Shown here: positions 44,124-54,327 of the stretch, piece after piece | Layout: each line of letters begins with the position of its first letter | How positions within the stretch are numbered: position 1 is the first letter of the stretch | NCBI GenBank assembly: GCA_030037955.1 | Contig: JASHPT010000012.1 | Coordinates: forward strand, 2,429-66,428 | Reading direction: 5' to 3' | Length of the DNA: 64,000 nucleotides | Origin: Thermoplasmata archaeon | Lineage (GTDB): Archaea > Thermoplasmatota > Thermoplasmata > Lutacidiplasmatales > UBA184 | Notes under the pieces: generated by a model | The model's database searches: none | What the model was told of the DNA's origin: nothing | What the model saw: the letters and a program-made list of their open reading frames with translations, nothing else | Position numbers and translations under genes: made by a program

Positions 44124-44657
44124 CTACAGGATCCGGGCGTGGTGGGCCGTGATCGGCCGGAACCCGCACTTGGCGTAGAAGCGGCCGGCGATCTCGTTCT
44201 GGGCCGGGAACTCGACCGTCACGATGCCGGCCCCGCGCTCCTTGAGCTCGCCGATCGTGTGCTCGACGAGGTACTGCCCGGCGCCGTGGCGGCGATAGAG
44301 CGGGAGCAGGTAGATGTCGAGAATGATGCCCTCGGTCTCCGGCATGTAGAACGGCCGCTCGCGGATCGCCGCCCGGACGACGCCGATGACCTTCCCCCGG
44401 TCCGGACCGGTGCCCTCGGCCGCGAGCACGAGGGCGTTCGGGTTCTGGATCTCCGAGCGGAGGATGGACTCGGCCTGCCCTTCGACGTCGGGACGGACCT
44501 TGAGCATCGGGTCGAATTCCTCGTTGAGCCGCTTCAGTCGGACCAGGAGGGGAACGAGGGCAGGCACGTCGGACTCGGTCGCGCGGCGAACATGGACCGG
44601 CGCCGGGGTTCGGTTCTCGGGATGGGTCTCTTTCGGCAGCGGGGTGCTTCGCTTCAT
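44124..44657 (-). CDS. GNAT family N-acetyltransferase
   Basis: 177 aa with ...IGVVRAAIRE...YRRHGAGQYLVEHTIGELKERGAGIVTVE...FYAKCGF. ATG at 44657, 4-nt overlap with the malic-enzyme stop. The 383-aa ORF on the track is over-extended. Confidence 0.75.
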   Translation of the reverse strand: MKRSTPLPKETHPENRTPAPVHVRRATESDVPALVPLLVRLKRLNEEFDPMLKVRPDVEGQAESILRSEIQNPNALVLAAEGTGPDRGKVIGVVRAAIRERPFYMPETEGIILDIYLLPLYRRHGAGQYLVEHTIGELKERGAGIVTVEFPAQNEIAGRFYAKCGFRPITAHHARIL

Positions 44658-46114
44658 CTCGACTTCCTGGACGGAACGGGTTCGTCCGGCATCGGTGCCA
44701 CGAGGTGGGAGGCTTCGAGGGCCTGCGCCAAGGCGGCCGGGCGCGCCATGAGGTCCCTCGCCCGGGCGTAGAACTCGTCCCGCGAGGCCTTCACCCGGGC
44801 GATCCCCAGCTTGACGGCGGCCTGGGCGACGGCGGCGGCGACGTGGGGAAACACCTCCCGCTCGTCCATGGTCGGCAGGAGATGGTCCGGCGAGATCCGG
44901 TCGGTCACGGCGGCGAGCTCCTGGGCCGCGGCGATCACGACCTCGTCCGGGATCGACCGCGCCCGGGCGTCCAGCACGCCCCGGAAGACGCACGGGAAGA
45001 TGAGCGAGTTGTTCACCTGATTCGGGAAGTCGCTGCGGCCGGTCGCAACGATGGCGGCACCGGCGGCGTGGGCGTCGGCGGGCCAGATCTCGGGCAGCGG
45101 GTTCGCGAGCGCGAACACGATCGGACGGGGCGCCATCGACTGGACCCACTCGGGCCGTATCGTACCGGGCTGGGGCGTCGAGGCCGCCAGCACCACATCG
45201 GCGCCGGCCATCGCATCGGCCACCGTCCCGCGTCGACCGCCGCCGTCGGTCTCGAGCGCCACGCGGTACTTCCACCGGTTGTGGAGCTGCATCTCGTCGA
45301 TGTCGGCCCGTTCGGCATGGAGGATGCCGCGGCTGTCCACGACGGTGATCGAGTGGGGGTCATGGCCCATCCGGATCAGGAGGCGCACGGTGACCAGGTT
45401 GGCGGCGCCGGCGCCCAGCAGGACCGTCCGCGTCGAGGAGATCGTCCGGCCGGTCAGGGCGAGGGCGTTGATGAGACCGGCCAGCGTCGCAGCGGCCGTC
45501 CCGAGCTGGTCATCGTGCCAGACCGGTATCGGTAGCCGACGCTGAAGCTCCTCGAGCACCTGGAAGCACTTCGGCGAGGCGATGTCCTCCAGGTTGATCC
45601 CGCCGAAGGCCGGGGCGATGCGAAGCGCCGTGTCGATCAGCGCCTCGGGCGTCGCGACATCGACGGGGAGCGCGACCGCGTCGACCCCTCCGAGATACTT
45701 GAACAGCAGCGCCTTCCCTTCCATCACGGGGAGCGCGGCCTGCGGCCCGATGTTCCCGAGGCCGAGGACCCGGCTGCCGTCCGTGAGGATGGCGATCGTG
45801 TTCCATCGACCGGTGAGGTCCAGCGACCGGCTGGGGTCCTTCTCGATCTCCCGCGAGACGGCCGCGATGCCCGGGGTGTACCAGAGCGAGAAGTCCTTGA
45901 GGCTCCGCACGGGCACCTTGGGCACGGTCTCGATCTTGCCCCGGTAGTACTGCGCGAGGCGCACGGCCCGTTCGTTGAGCGCCTCGGTCTGGCTCGCCTC
46001 CGCCTCGGCCGACTCCGCCGGGGGCGCCGCCGGTGGAGCGGCCGGCTTCCGAGACCGCGGGGGCACCGCCTCGTCCATGACGAACGTTGGGACGACCCTA
46101 CCCCCTTTAATCAT
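44654..46114 (-). CDS. NAD(P)-dependent malic enzyme
   Basis: Malic enzyme N-terminal and NAD-binding domains (YTPGIAAVSREI; VLLGAGAANL; FANPLPE). A TATA-like aatgattaaag lies upstream. Confidence 0.85.
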   Translation of the reverse strand: MIKGGRVVPTFVMDEAVPPRSRKPAAPPAAPPAESAEAEASQTEALNERAVRLAQYYRGKIETVPKVPVRSLKDFSLWYTPGIAAVSREIEKDPSRSLDLTGRWNTIAILTDGSRVLGLGNIGPQAALPVMEGKALLFKYLGGVDAVALPVDVATPEALIDTALRIAPAFGGINLEDIASPKCFQVLEELQRRLPIPVWHDDQLGTAAATLAGLINALALTGRTISSTRTVLLGAGAANLVTVRLLIRMGHDPHSITVVDSRGILHAERADIDEMQLHNRWKYRVALETDGGGRRGTVADAMAGADVVLAASTPQPGTIRPEWVQSMAPRPIVFALANPLPEIWPADAHAAGAAIVATGRSDFPNQVNNSLIFPCVFRGVLDARARSIPDEVVIAAAQELAAVTDRISPDHLLPTMDEREVFPHVAAAVAQAAVKLGIARVKASRDEFYARARDLMARPAALAQALEASHLVAPMPDEPVPSRKSR

Positions 46115-46186
46115 TCGGTCAACCGCGAACGATTCTATCGACAGTTGACGACCTCCGGGGCTGCGGCGGCCGTCCGTCGGGCCCTC

Positions 46187-47641
46187 TCAGGAGGTCCCCG
46201 ACCCCTTCTCCGGGCTCGGGTCGGACCAGTACTCGCGGCCCCGGAGCGCGGCGGGGATCAGCGCGACCAGCAGGAGGGCGGCCGAGACCGCGAAGACCGA
46301 GTGCGTGGCATCCAGGAAGTGCGAGATCGCCGTCGGCGGGATGATCGCGTGGGCGGTGCCGAGGAAGATCGCGCTCAGAGCGCCTACCGGGAGCGCGTTC
46401 GCCATCACGAGGATGGCGAGGCCCAAGCTGAGGGTGGAGCCGCTGTTGATGAGCGTGGTCCCGATCCCCCCCGCGACCCCCCGCCGGTCGGGCGGGACCG
46501 AGCTCATCATCGACGCGCGGTTCGGAGAGGCGAACAGGCCCATCCCCGCTCCCACGAGGATGAACGGTCCCACGAGCTGGAGGAACCCGGTCGTCGGGCC
46601 GATCTGCGTCAACCACACGAACCCGACGGCCGAGGTGATCAGCCCTAAGACGGCGAACGGCCGGGAGCCGTACCGGTCGGAGAGGGTGCCGCTGATGGGG
46701 CCGAGCGTCGCGAGGGAGGCCGAGACCGGCACCAGATAGAGGCCGGCGGTGAGCGGGCTCAGGTAGTGCGGCGGCCCCTGCAGGTAGAACACCATCACGA
46801 AGGAGAACGCTCCCCGGGCGAGGGCGTTCAAGAAGATGGCTGCGAGCGACGCGGAGAACATCCGGATCCGCAGCAGCGAGAGGTCGAACATCGGGTGACG
46901 GACCCGTCGCTCGATCCCCACGAAGAGCACCAAAAGCCCGGCCCCGAGGACGAGCAGCCCCACGAACAGCGTCTCGGACACCTGGCCGAGGGCGTAGAGG
47001 GTGACGGCGAGGAGGACGGACGCCAGCCCTCCGGCGAAGGAGAGGTTCCCGACCCAGTCGACAGTGTGTTCCTTCTGGGGTCTCGCGAGCTCCCGCAGAC
47101 CGGTGTAGGCCCGCCAGGTCGCGATCATGCCGATCGGGACGTTGACGTAGAAGATCGACCGCCAGCCGAGGAGGGAGGTGAGGATGCCTCCGAGCACCAG
47201 CCCGGTCACGGCGCCCGCGACGATCGAGACCTGGTTGATTCCGAGCGCGCGTCCCCGTTCGTTGGGCGGGAACGCATCGGTGATGATCGCGGCGGCGTTG
47301 GCGAACAGGAAGCCGGCCCCCACGGACTGGACCAACCGGAAGAGCACGAGCTCGGTACCGGTCTGGGAGAGGCCGCACAGCGCCGAGCCGACGGTGAAGA
47401 TCGCGAACCCGATGACATACAACCGGACCCGTCCGAACATGTCCCCCAGACGCCCGAAGTTGAGCAGGATCACCGAGGTGGAGAGTGCGTAGCCGAGCAG
47501 GATCCAGAGCAGCACGAAGACGGAGGTTCCGGGCAGCTCCCGTGCGATCGTCGGAAGCGCGATGATCACGATGTTGGAATCGAGCGACGCCATCAGCGTC
47601 CCGACCGTGGTGTTCGAGAGCACGACCCACTTGTACTGCAC
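46187..47641 (-). CDS. MFS transporter (DHA2-like, ~14 TM)
   Basis: Begins MQYKWVVLSNTTVGTLMASLDSNIVIIALPTIA. Multiple TM helices. Confidence 0.8.
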   Translation of the reverse strand: MQYKWVVLSNTTVGTLMASLDSNIVIIALPTIARELPGTSVFVLLWILLGYALSTSVILLNFGRLGDMFGRVRLYVIGFAIFTVGSALCGLSQTGTELVLFRLVQSVGAGFLFANAAAIITDAFPPNERGRALGINQVSIVAGAVTGLVLGGILTSLLGWRSIFYVNVPIGMIATWRAYTGLRELARPQKEHTVDWVGNLSFAGGLASVLLAVTLYALGQVSETLFVGLLVLGAGLLVLFVGIERRVRHPMFDLSLLRIRMFSASLAAIFLNALARGAFSFVMVFYLQGPPHYLSPLTAGLYLVPVSASLATLGPISGTLSDRYGSRPFAVLGLITSAVGFVWLTQIGPTTGFLQLVGPFILVGAGMGLFASPNRASMMSSVPPDRRGVAGGIGTTLINSGSTLSLGLAILVMANALPVGALSAIFLGTAHAIIPPTAISHFLDATHSVFAVSAALLLVALIPAALRGREYWSDPSPEKGSGTS

Positions 47642-47749
47642 CGGGCTGTCACCGCCTCCCGACGCGTCGGCCGCGACCGCCGACGTTCCCCCGACACTCC
47701 CTCCGTCCGTCTGCGTCCGACCGGACCGCGGCGACCGCCGCCACGCCGG

Positions 47750-48190
47750 TCACGTCAGCGAGGGCTGGTACCCCGAGATGTCGGCGGAGATCCGGTCGAT
47801 GTACGGGCGGAACGCTCGGATCACGTCCTTGGAGGTGATCATCCCGACGACGCGGCCCTGCTGCGTCACCACCATCCGGCGGACCTCCTCCCGGGCCATC
47901 CGCTCGATGACCTCATGGGTCGGAGTCTCCGTCTCGCAGGTCGCCACCGGGGAGGATGCGATCGCCGACACCGGCGTGCCGGCCGGGTCGGCCCCCTTGG
48001 CCACGACCTTGGCCAGGAAGTCCCATTCCGTGACGATCCCCTGGAGCTGGCTCCCCTGCACGAGGACGGCGTACCCCTTCCGGCTCTCGGCCATCCGCCG
48101 GGCGCAATCGAACGCGCTCGTCGACGGCTCGACGCTCAGCACGTCGGCGTGCATTATGTCACGAGCTTTCACTACCACGGGGGACGCCAC
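47750..48190 (-). CDS. CBS domain pair protein
   Basis: Two CBS motifs (DIMHADVLSVEPSTS...; MVVTQQGRVVGMITSKDVIRAF). Confidence 0.75.
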   Translation of the reverse strand: MASPVVVKARDIMHADVLSVEPSTSAFDCARRMAESRKGYAVLVQGSQLQGIVTEWDFLAKVVAKGADPAGTPVSAIASSPVATCETETPTHEVIERMAREEVRRMVVTQQGRVVGMITSKDVIRAFRPYIDRISADISGYQPSLT

Positions 48191-48284
48191 GGCCCCGGAG
48201 GCCTAAATCTCTCGCCCGTGCATGTCCCCCGCCGGTTTTGTTCCGAATCTTTCTTAGGCGCCGACCCGCGTATGCAACGAAGAG

Positions 48285-49358
48285 ATGCGAGAGGCGACCC
48301 CCCACCCGTACCCCCACCCGGTCGAACCGGAGCGGGTGGCGATCATCTCCCCGGACGAGCTCAAGGTCCGGCTCGACGGCCCCTCGCCGCCCTTCCTGCT
48401 CGACGTGCGCGTCAAGCCCGGACGGGACCTGGCGCACCTTCCCAACGATCACCACATACCGCTCACCGAGCTCGACCATCGGCTTGGCGAACTCCCGCGC
48501 AACCGGTCGATCGTCGTGTACTGTCAGTTCGGTGCCCGCGCTCGACAGGGCGCGGAGCTTCTGACACGGCGGGGGTTCCGGGACGTGGTCGCGCTCGAGG
48601 GCGGTCTCGACGAGTACTCCCGACGGATCGACCCGTCGATCCCGCGATACTGGACGACCCCCACCGCCGGGCAGCTCGTGCTCGAGCCGTTTCCTCGGCT
48701 CGACGCGGGCTGTCTCACGTACCTGCTCGCGGACCCGGTGGAGGAGGAGGCCGTCCTCATCGACCCCGGCCTCACCGTCGCCCCGTACCTGGACGTTCTG
48801 TCCCGCCGGAACTGGACGCTCACGGCGGTCATCGAGACCCACACCCACGCGGACCATCTCGCCGGGCACCACGAGCTGCATCGACGCACCGGTGCACCGA
48901 TCGTGGTGGGCGCCCACTCGCCGGCGGCGTATCCGCATCGGACCCTCGCCGATGGTGAGGCCTGGACCGTCGGTCGCGAGGAGATCGTCGTGCTCGAGAC
49001 GCCCGGGCACACCCGGGACCACATCACGCTCCATGCGGGTCCCGCGCTGTTCACCGGCGACACGCTGCTCATCGGCTCCTGCGGACGGACCGACCTCGGC
49101 GATGGCGACCCGGACCGGCTCTACGACAGCCTCACGGAGAAGATCCTTCGGCTCCCCGCGGAGACCGAGGTGCTCCCGGCGCACTACGGGCCCCGCCACG
49201 CCCTGCCCGACCGATACGTCTCTTCGCTCGCCTACGAGCGGGCGACGAACGAAGCGCTCCGACTGCCGACGCGGGAGGCGTTCCGCACCTACATGACCGA
49301 TGGATGGCCGCCCAAGCCCCGAGACTTCGACAGCATCGTCGCGGCGAACCTCCGCTGA
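48285..49358 (+). CDS. rhodanese domain fused to MBL-fold metallo-hydrolase (persulfide dioxygenase-like)
   Basis: N-terminal rhodanese with active-site Cys loop VVYCQFGARA. C-terminal beta-lactamase fold THTHADH ... HTRDH. Confidence 0.75.
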   Translation: MREATPHPYPHPVEPERVAIISPDELKVRLDGPSPPFLLDVRVKPGRDLAHLPNDHHIPLTELDHRLGELPRNRSIVVYCQFGARARQGAELLTRRGFRDVVALEGGLDEYSRRIDPSIPRYWTTPTAGQLVLEPFPRLDAGCLTYLLADPVEEEAVLIDPGLTVAPYLDVLSRRNWTLTAVIETHTHADHLAGHHELHRRTGAPIVVGAHSPAAYPHRTLADGEAWTVGREEIVVLETPGHTRDHITLHAGPALFTGDTLLIGSCGRTDLGDGDPDRLYDSLTEKILRLPAETEVLPAHYGPRHALPDRYVSSLAYERATNEALRLPTREAFRTYMTDGWPPKPRDFDSIVAANLR

Positions 49359-49459
49359 ACGTCGGGACGGTTTCCCGCAACGCAACCGACTTTCTCTCGG
49401 CGCACGCGGCTCCGAAACGACACGGTTAAAGTGGGAGCGGGGCTCGCGGAGGCTCCGCG

Positions 49460-50431
49460 ATGCAGGCGATCACCAGCCTGACGAGCGCCTTCCCGCGATC
49501 CGAGGCGCTCGTCGAGGCGACCCGAGATCTCGACCGGGGCCGGACCACCCCGGAGGCCGTTCAGGAGCTCTACCTCCGGACGGAGGCCGAGGTGGCCCGG
49601 CTCGAAGAGCGTCTCGGCCTCCAGCCCCGGACCGGTGGATACCTGCGCTGGCAGGACCTGTTCCGCCCCTTCGCCGAGTCCTGGGAGGGCTTCACGGTCG
49701 GCCCCCTCACGCGATGGTTCGAGACCAATCAGTTCTACCGGCAGCCGATCCTCCACGCCCCTCCGGCTCGGGTAGCCGGAGCCATCGCGAGCTGGCTTCC
49801 GCTGCCCCCGGGCGCCTCGGGGCCGCGCAAGGCGATCCTTCCGGGACCGTACACCTTCGCCGGCCTCCTCGATAACCGGTCGGGAGAGACCTCGGAGGCG
49901 CTCACGCATCGGTTGGGCCGCCTGCTCGCCGAAGAGGTACAGGAGCTCCGGGCCGCCGGCTACAGCGCTTTCCAGTTCCAGGAACCGTTGCTCGTCTACC
50001 GCCCTCCCGAGGGAGCCCGCGCCGAGGCCGTGGTCGCCGCCTACCAGGCGCTCACCACCGCCGCCGGCGGAGGGACCGTGGCCGTCTGGACCTACTTCGG
50101 CGACGCCCAGAACGTCTGGCCCCTGCTGAATCGATTGCCCGTGTCGCTCGTCGGCGTGGATCTCTCCGAGACCGACGCGCTGGCGTTGGCCCCGGCCCCG
50201 GAGCGACGGGGCCTCGGCCTGGGCGTCATCGACCCTCGTACGAGCCTGGTCGAGGACCCGGCGGAGGTGGTTCGCCTCGCCCGGTCGATCGCCGAGCGGC
50301 ATCACCCGACGACGCTGTGGATCGGGTCGGGTGCTCCCCTCGACCTGCTTCCCTGGGAGCCGGCGACGCGAAAGCTCCACGGCCTGCCCGCGGTCCGCCA
50401 GGGCATCGACGCGGCCTCGGGGGCCCGATGA
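49460..50431 (+). CDS. cobalamin-independent methionine synthase (MetE)-like UroD-fold protein lacking obvious Zn ligands
   Basis: 323 aa with a MetE-like TIM-barrel. Stop overlaps the start of the downstream MetE as ATGA. Confidence 0.6.
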   Translation: MQAITSLTSAFPRSEALVEATRDLDRGRTTPEAVQELYLRTEAEVARLEERLGLQPRTGGYLRWQDLFRPFAESWEGFTVGPLTRWFETNQFYRQPILHAPPARVAGAIASWLPLPPGASGPRKAILPGPYTFAGLLDNRSGETSEALTHRLGRLLAEEVQELRAAGYSAFQFQEPLLVYRPPEGARAEAVVAAYQALTTAAGGGTVAVWTYFGDAQNVWPLLNRLPVSLVGVDLSETDALALAPAPERRGLGLGVIDPRTSLVEDPAEVVRLARSIAERHHPTTLWIGSGAPLDLLPWEPATRKLHGLPAVRQGIDAASGAR

Positions 50432-51570
50432 CCGACCGACTGTTCCCGACGCAGGAGATCGGGAGCCTGATGAAGCCGCGCTGGCAGCTGCTCGGCCAGC
50501 GCGGGGAGGCCCTGGACGAGGCGGCCCGCGCCGACTTCGTCCACTGGAACGACCTCCTGCACTTCGTCCCGAGCGACGACCCGACGCTCCAGAAGTTCCT
50601 CGGAGACCGCTCCCGGGAGGTGGGGGCGGAGACCGTGCGCGACTGGGCCGCCCTGTTCCTGTTGCGCTACCTGGAAGCGACCGGGCTCGACCGCGTCTAC
50701 GACGGGGAAGCGCGGCGGATCGAGATGTACGAGTACCCGGTCCGCCAGATGAAGGGGTTCCAGTTCCTGGGCCACGTGCGCTCCTTCGACAACAAGTACT
50801 ACCTCAAGGCCGCTGGCACGGGGGAGGTCCGGCTCGACCGACCGTATCACGTCGAGGAGTTCGAGTTCGTCCGGGACCACGCCCGGGCCGTCCCGAAGCT
50901 CCCGATCACCGGCCCGTACACCCTGGCCGACTGGTCGTACAACGAGTACTACCTTCGGCGGCACGAGGGGTGGAAGGGACGCGAGGTACGCCGGCGGGCG
51001 CAACGGGACTTCGTGGTCGAGATCGCCCGCCAGGCGATCCGGCCGACCCTGGCCGCCCTCATCGAGCAGGGATGTCGTGTCATCCAGATCGACGAGCCGG
51101 CGGCCGGCACCCATCCGCAGGAGGCCGAGCTCGTCGCCGAGGGCTTCAACGCCGCCACCGACGGCCTGGACGCGGAGTTCTCGATGCACATCTGCTTCTC
51201 GGACTATCGCCCGCTCTTCCCGGCGCTGCTCGAGGCGAAGCGGTGCACCCAGTGGGCCTGGGAGTTCGCGAACCGCGACACCGACGGCCGGGATGGCTAC
51301 GAGGTCCTGAACCTGTTCCGGGAGTACGGAGACACCCGGCAGATCGGCCTGGGCGTGCTCGACCCCCATCGCGATGAGGTCGAGTCGCCCGAGCGGGTCA
51401 AGGACCGCATCCTTCGGGCGGTGAAGATCCTCGAGGACCCCCGACGGATCTGGGTGAATCCGGACTGCGGCCTGCGGACCCGGCGCCTCGAGATCGCGTA
51501 CGCCAAGCTCCAGAACATGGACCGGGGAGCGAAGCTCGCCCGAGCCGAGGTCGCCGGCACGGCCGGGTGA
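50428..51570 (+). CDS. metE: methionine synthase, cobalamin-independent, archaeal short form (MetE)
   Basis: MTDRLFPTQEIGSLMKPRW... N-terminus. Zn-ligand region ...HICFSDY... and C-terminal NPDCGL. The start at 50428 was found by codon count. The ORF-track start at 50317 is read-through. Confidence 0.8.
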   Translation: MTDRLFPTQEIGSLMKPRWQLLGQRGEALDEAARADFVHWNDLLHFVPSDDPTLQKFLGDRSREVGAETVRDWAALFLLRYLEATGLDRVYDGEARRIEMYEYPVRQMKGFQFLGHVRSFDNKYYLKAAGTGEVRLDRPYHVEEFEFVRDHARAVPKLPITGPYTLADWSYNEYYLRRHEGWKGREVRRRAQRDFVVEIARQAIRPTLAALIEQGCRVIQIDEPAAGTHPQEAELVAEGFNAATDGLDAEFSMHICFSDYRPLFPALLEAKRCTQWAWEFANRDTDGRDGYEVLNLFREYGDTRQIGLGVLDPHRDEVESPERVKDRILRAVKILEDPRRIWVNPDCGLRTRRLEIAYAKLQNMDRGAKLARAEVAGTAG

Positions 51571-51577
51571 CCGCTCC

Positions 51578-52456
51578 CTAGACCGCCGTCAGCACCTCGG
51601 CGCCGCTCGGGCCCACCAGGATCGTGTGCTCCGCCTGCGCGACCCACCCCCGACCGGTCTCCACAAAGACGGGGTAGGTCTGGAGCAGGCGTCGAGCCCC
51701 CTTGAGCGCCGCTCGCTCGGCGGGGTCCGTCACCCATCGGGTCGTGAACGGAAGGGTCCGGAAGCGAGCGAAGGCCCGGGCCAGGGCCGGGTCGCGGTTC
51801 CCGGGGTCGGCCCGAAACCGCACGATGTTGCCGAACGGCCCGTCCTCGATGTGCCCTTCTCCGTTGGTGACGAACGGCTCGATGGCCACCACCTCGCCCT
51901 CCCGGAGCGACGCGGTACTGTAGCCGCCCACGCTCGGGATGGACTTGCCCGCGTGGAGCAAGTAAGGCTCGATGCTGTGTCCCGTGAGATCGACCACGGG
52001 CTTGAACCCCTGGGCGTGCACCGCTCGCTCGATGGCCCGAGAGACCTCGTCCACGGCGCCGTTCGGCCGAACCGCCCGGATCCCGGCCTCGAGCGCCTCT
52101 CGGACGGCCCGCACCAGCCGGTCATGCTGGTGGGTCTCCCCGACCTCCACGGTCGCCGCCGTGTCGGCGATCGCGCCGTGGATATGGGCCCCGACGTCGA
52201 CCTTGAGGAGGTCGCCGGCGGCCAGCGCCACCTCGTCCGTGTCCGACGGGGTGTAATGCGCCGCCTCCCAGTTCCGGGACAGGTTCGTGGGGAAGGCCGG
52301 CTCCGCGCCGTGGCCCCGGATGTAGGCCTCGATCTGATCGGCGAGCTCCCGTCGGAGCACGCCCGGTCGGGCGAGGCGGAGGCCAAGCTCCCGAGCCTCG
52401 CCCGCGATCCGCCCGGCCCGACGCCACGCCTCGAGGTCCGCAGGGTACGGGCTCAT
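51578..52456 (-). CDS. map: methionine aminopeptidase, type II
   Basis: Pita-bread fold with metal ligands (DLLKVDVGAHIHGAIAD; HSIEPY). 292 aa, typical of archaeal MAP2. Confidence 0.85.
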   Translation of the reverse strand: MSPYPADLEAWRRAGRIAGEARELGLRLARPGVLRRELADQIEAYIRGHGAEPAFPTNLSRNWEAAHYTPSDTDEVALAAGDLLKVDVGAHIHGAIADTAATVEVGETHQHDRLVRAVREALEAGIRAVRPNGAVDEVSRAIERAVHAQGFKPVVDLTGHSIEPYLLHAGKSIPSVGGYSTASLREGEVVAIEPFVTNGEGHIEDGPFGNIVRFRADPGNRDPALARAFARFRTLPFTTRWVTDPAERAALKGARRLLQTYPVFVETGRGWVAQAEHTILVGPSGAEVLTAV

Positions 52457-52462
52457 GCGCGG

Positions 52463-53029
52463 TCAGCTCCGCCGGAGCACGGTCGGCCGGTTCCCCGTGA
52501 GCACCACGATCGTGGACGGTCGTCCGGACGGCGACGGCGCGCCAGAGAGGTAGGCACCGACCTCCGAACCGAAGATCCGACGACCGTCCCGGACCGACCG
52601 ACACGGGGGTTCTCCGTGTCGGTTCGCCGAGGTCGTTGTCAGCGGGCCCGTACGCGCGAGGAGGGCGCGGGCCGTCGGGTGGTCCGGGATCCGGATCCCG
52701 ACGGTCCCCGTCTCGCCGAGCACGGAGGGGACCCACCGGCGACGCGCCCGGGCGCTGGCCGGCAGCAGGAACGTGTACGGTCCTGGGAGGGTGCGACGCA
52801 GGAGACTCCGAGCACCGGGGGTCATGCGAACGAACGGCTCGGCCTCTTCGTAGGACGAGAAGGCGACCGAGACCGGCATGCCCTCGGGTCGGCGCTTCGC
52901 CGCATACAGGCGACGGACCGCGCTCGAGTCCGTGGGCCGTACCCCGAGGCCCCAGAGCGTGTCCGTCGGGTAGAGGATCGGCGTACCGGCTCGGACCGCG
53001 CGGACGGCGACGGCAATCCCGTCCGGCAT
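52463..53029 (-). CDS. L-threonylcarbamoyladenylate synthase (Sua5/YrdC/TsaC family)
   Basis: YPTDTLWGLG, LPGPYTFLL and TSANRHGEPP motifs. The start MPDGIAVAV... was found by codon count (M36 of the 223-aa ORF). Confidence 0.8.
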   Translation of the reverse strand: MPDGIAVAVRAVRAGTPILYPTDTLWGLGVRPTDSSAVRRLYAAKRRPEGMPVSVAFSSYEEAEPFVRMTPGARSLLRRTLPGPYTFLLPASARARRRWVPSVLGETGTVGIRIPDHPTARALLARTGPLTTTSANRHGEPPCRSVRDGRRIFGSEVGAYLSGAPSPSGRPSTIVVLTGNRPTVLRRS

Positions 53030-53033
53030 CGGT

Positions 53034-53492
53034 TCAGAAGAACTCCTGCTCCGCCCGGGCGTAGGAGTGGAAATCGTCCGGACGGAAGAACAGGGCGAGC
53101 TCGCGGTCCGCCGACGCGGGAGAGTCGGAGGCATGGATGAGGTTCGGCGTCATCGCGATGGCGAGGTCGCCCCGAACCGTTCCCGGCGCCGCGGTTGCCG
53201 GATTGGTGGCTCCGATCAACAGGCGGACCACCGCGATCGCGCCCCGGCCCTCGACGGCCAGGGCCAGGACGGGGCCGCTCGTGATGTGCCGGACCAGCCC
53301 CTCGTAGAACGGCTTCCCCACGTGTTCTGCGTAGTGCCGGCCGGCGAGGTCGGCCGAGACCCGCAGGAGCCGCGCCGCGACGATCGTGAGACCCTTGCGC
53401 TCGAGGCGGCCCACGATCTCCCCGGACAGCCCGCGCTTGACGGCGTCCGGCTTGAGGAGAACCAGCGTCCTCTCCGTTCCCGCTTCCGGCAT
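53034..53492 (-). CDS. ndk: nucleoside diphosphate kinase
   Basis: [16 protein letters not shown]...NLIHASDS (catalytic His). 152 aa after choosing M72 of the 223-aa ORF. Confidence 0.9.
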   Translation of the reverse strand: MPEAGTERTLVLLKPDAVKRGLSGEIVGRLERKGLTIVAARLLRVSADLAGRHYAEHVGKPFYEGLVRHITSGPVLALAVEGRGAIAVVRLLIGATNPATAAPGTVRGDLAIAMTPNLIHASDSPASADRELALFFRPDDFHSYARAEQEFF

Positions 53493-53550
53493 CGTCGCTG
53501 GTAGGGGTGCGCCGACAAAAGCTTTGACGCGCGCACGGTCCGCCGAGCCG

Positions 53551-54327
53551 GTGCCCATCGAGCGGAGTGCCCGCGTGGGATTCGACCGTGCGGCGGACCG
53601 GTACGAACGCAGCCGGCCGCAAGCGCCACCCGAGGCCATCGAGGCCTTGGTGGCTACGCTCGGGCTGACCCTGCGCTCGACCGTACTCGAGCTGGGTGCG
53701 GGCACGGGAAAGTTCGCGCGGCTCCTGGCGCCGCATGCCGGGCGGTACCTCGCACTCGAACCGGTCCCGGGGATGCGGGCCCAGTTTCACCGGAGCCTCC
53801 CGGGCATTCCGCTGGTCGCCGCCGTGGCGGAGAGAGTGCCTGTCCGGACCGGCCGGGTCGACGCGGTCGTCGCCGTTCAGGCCTTCCACTGGTTCGATGC
53901 GGCCCGGGCGATGCGGGAGATGCATCGGGTGCTGCGGCCCGAGGGCCAGGTCGCGCTCCTCTGGAACACGCGGGACGAATCGGTCGATTGGGTGCATCAG
54001 GCGACCCTCATCCTCGACCGGTACGAGGAGGGTAGCCCGCGGCAATCCCGGGCGGGTTGGCGGCGGTCGTGGTCCGAGAACCCCGGATTCACGCCGCTGG
54101 AGGAGCGCCGGTTCTCGTTCGTCCAGTCGCTGGACCGGGCCACCACGATCGACCGCTTCCTGTCGGTCAGCTTCATCGCCAGCTTGGACGGGCCCCGGCA
54201 CGCCGAGGCCGAAGCCGCCTTCGAACGACTCCTCGACACCCATCCCCAGACGGCGGGGCGGCAGGTGATCGAGCACCCATACCGGTGTGAGGTCTACACC
54301 GCGCGTCGGCTTCCGGACGCGAACTAG
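53551..54327 (+). CDS. class I SAM-dependent methyltransferase (Methyltransf_11-like)
   Basis: [11 protein letters not shown] motif I and [11 protein letters not shown]. The start is uncertain (GTG candidates ~53551 or 53572). It is oppositely oriented to the flanking minus-strand genes. Confidence 0.65.
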   Translation: MPIERSARVGFDRAADRYERSRPQAPPEAIEALVATLGLTLRSTVLELGAGTGKFARLLAPHAGRYLALEPVPGMRAQFHRSLPGIPLVAAVAERVPVRTGRVDAVVAVQAFHWFDAARAMREMHRVLRPEGQVALLWNTRDESVDWVHQATLILDRYEEGSPRQSRAGWRRSWSENPGFTPLEERRFSFVQSLDRATTIDRFLSVSFIASLDGPRHAEAEAAFERLLDTHPQTAGRQVIEHPYRCEVYTARRLPDAN

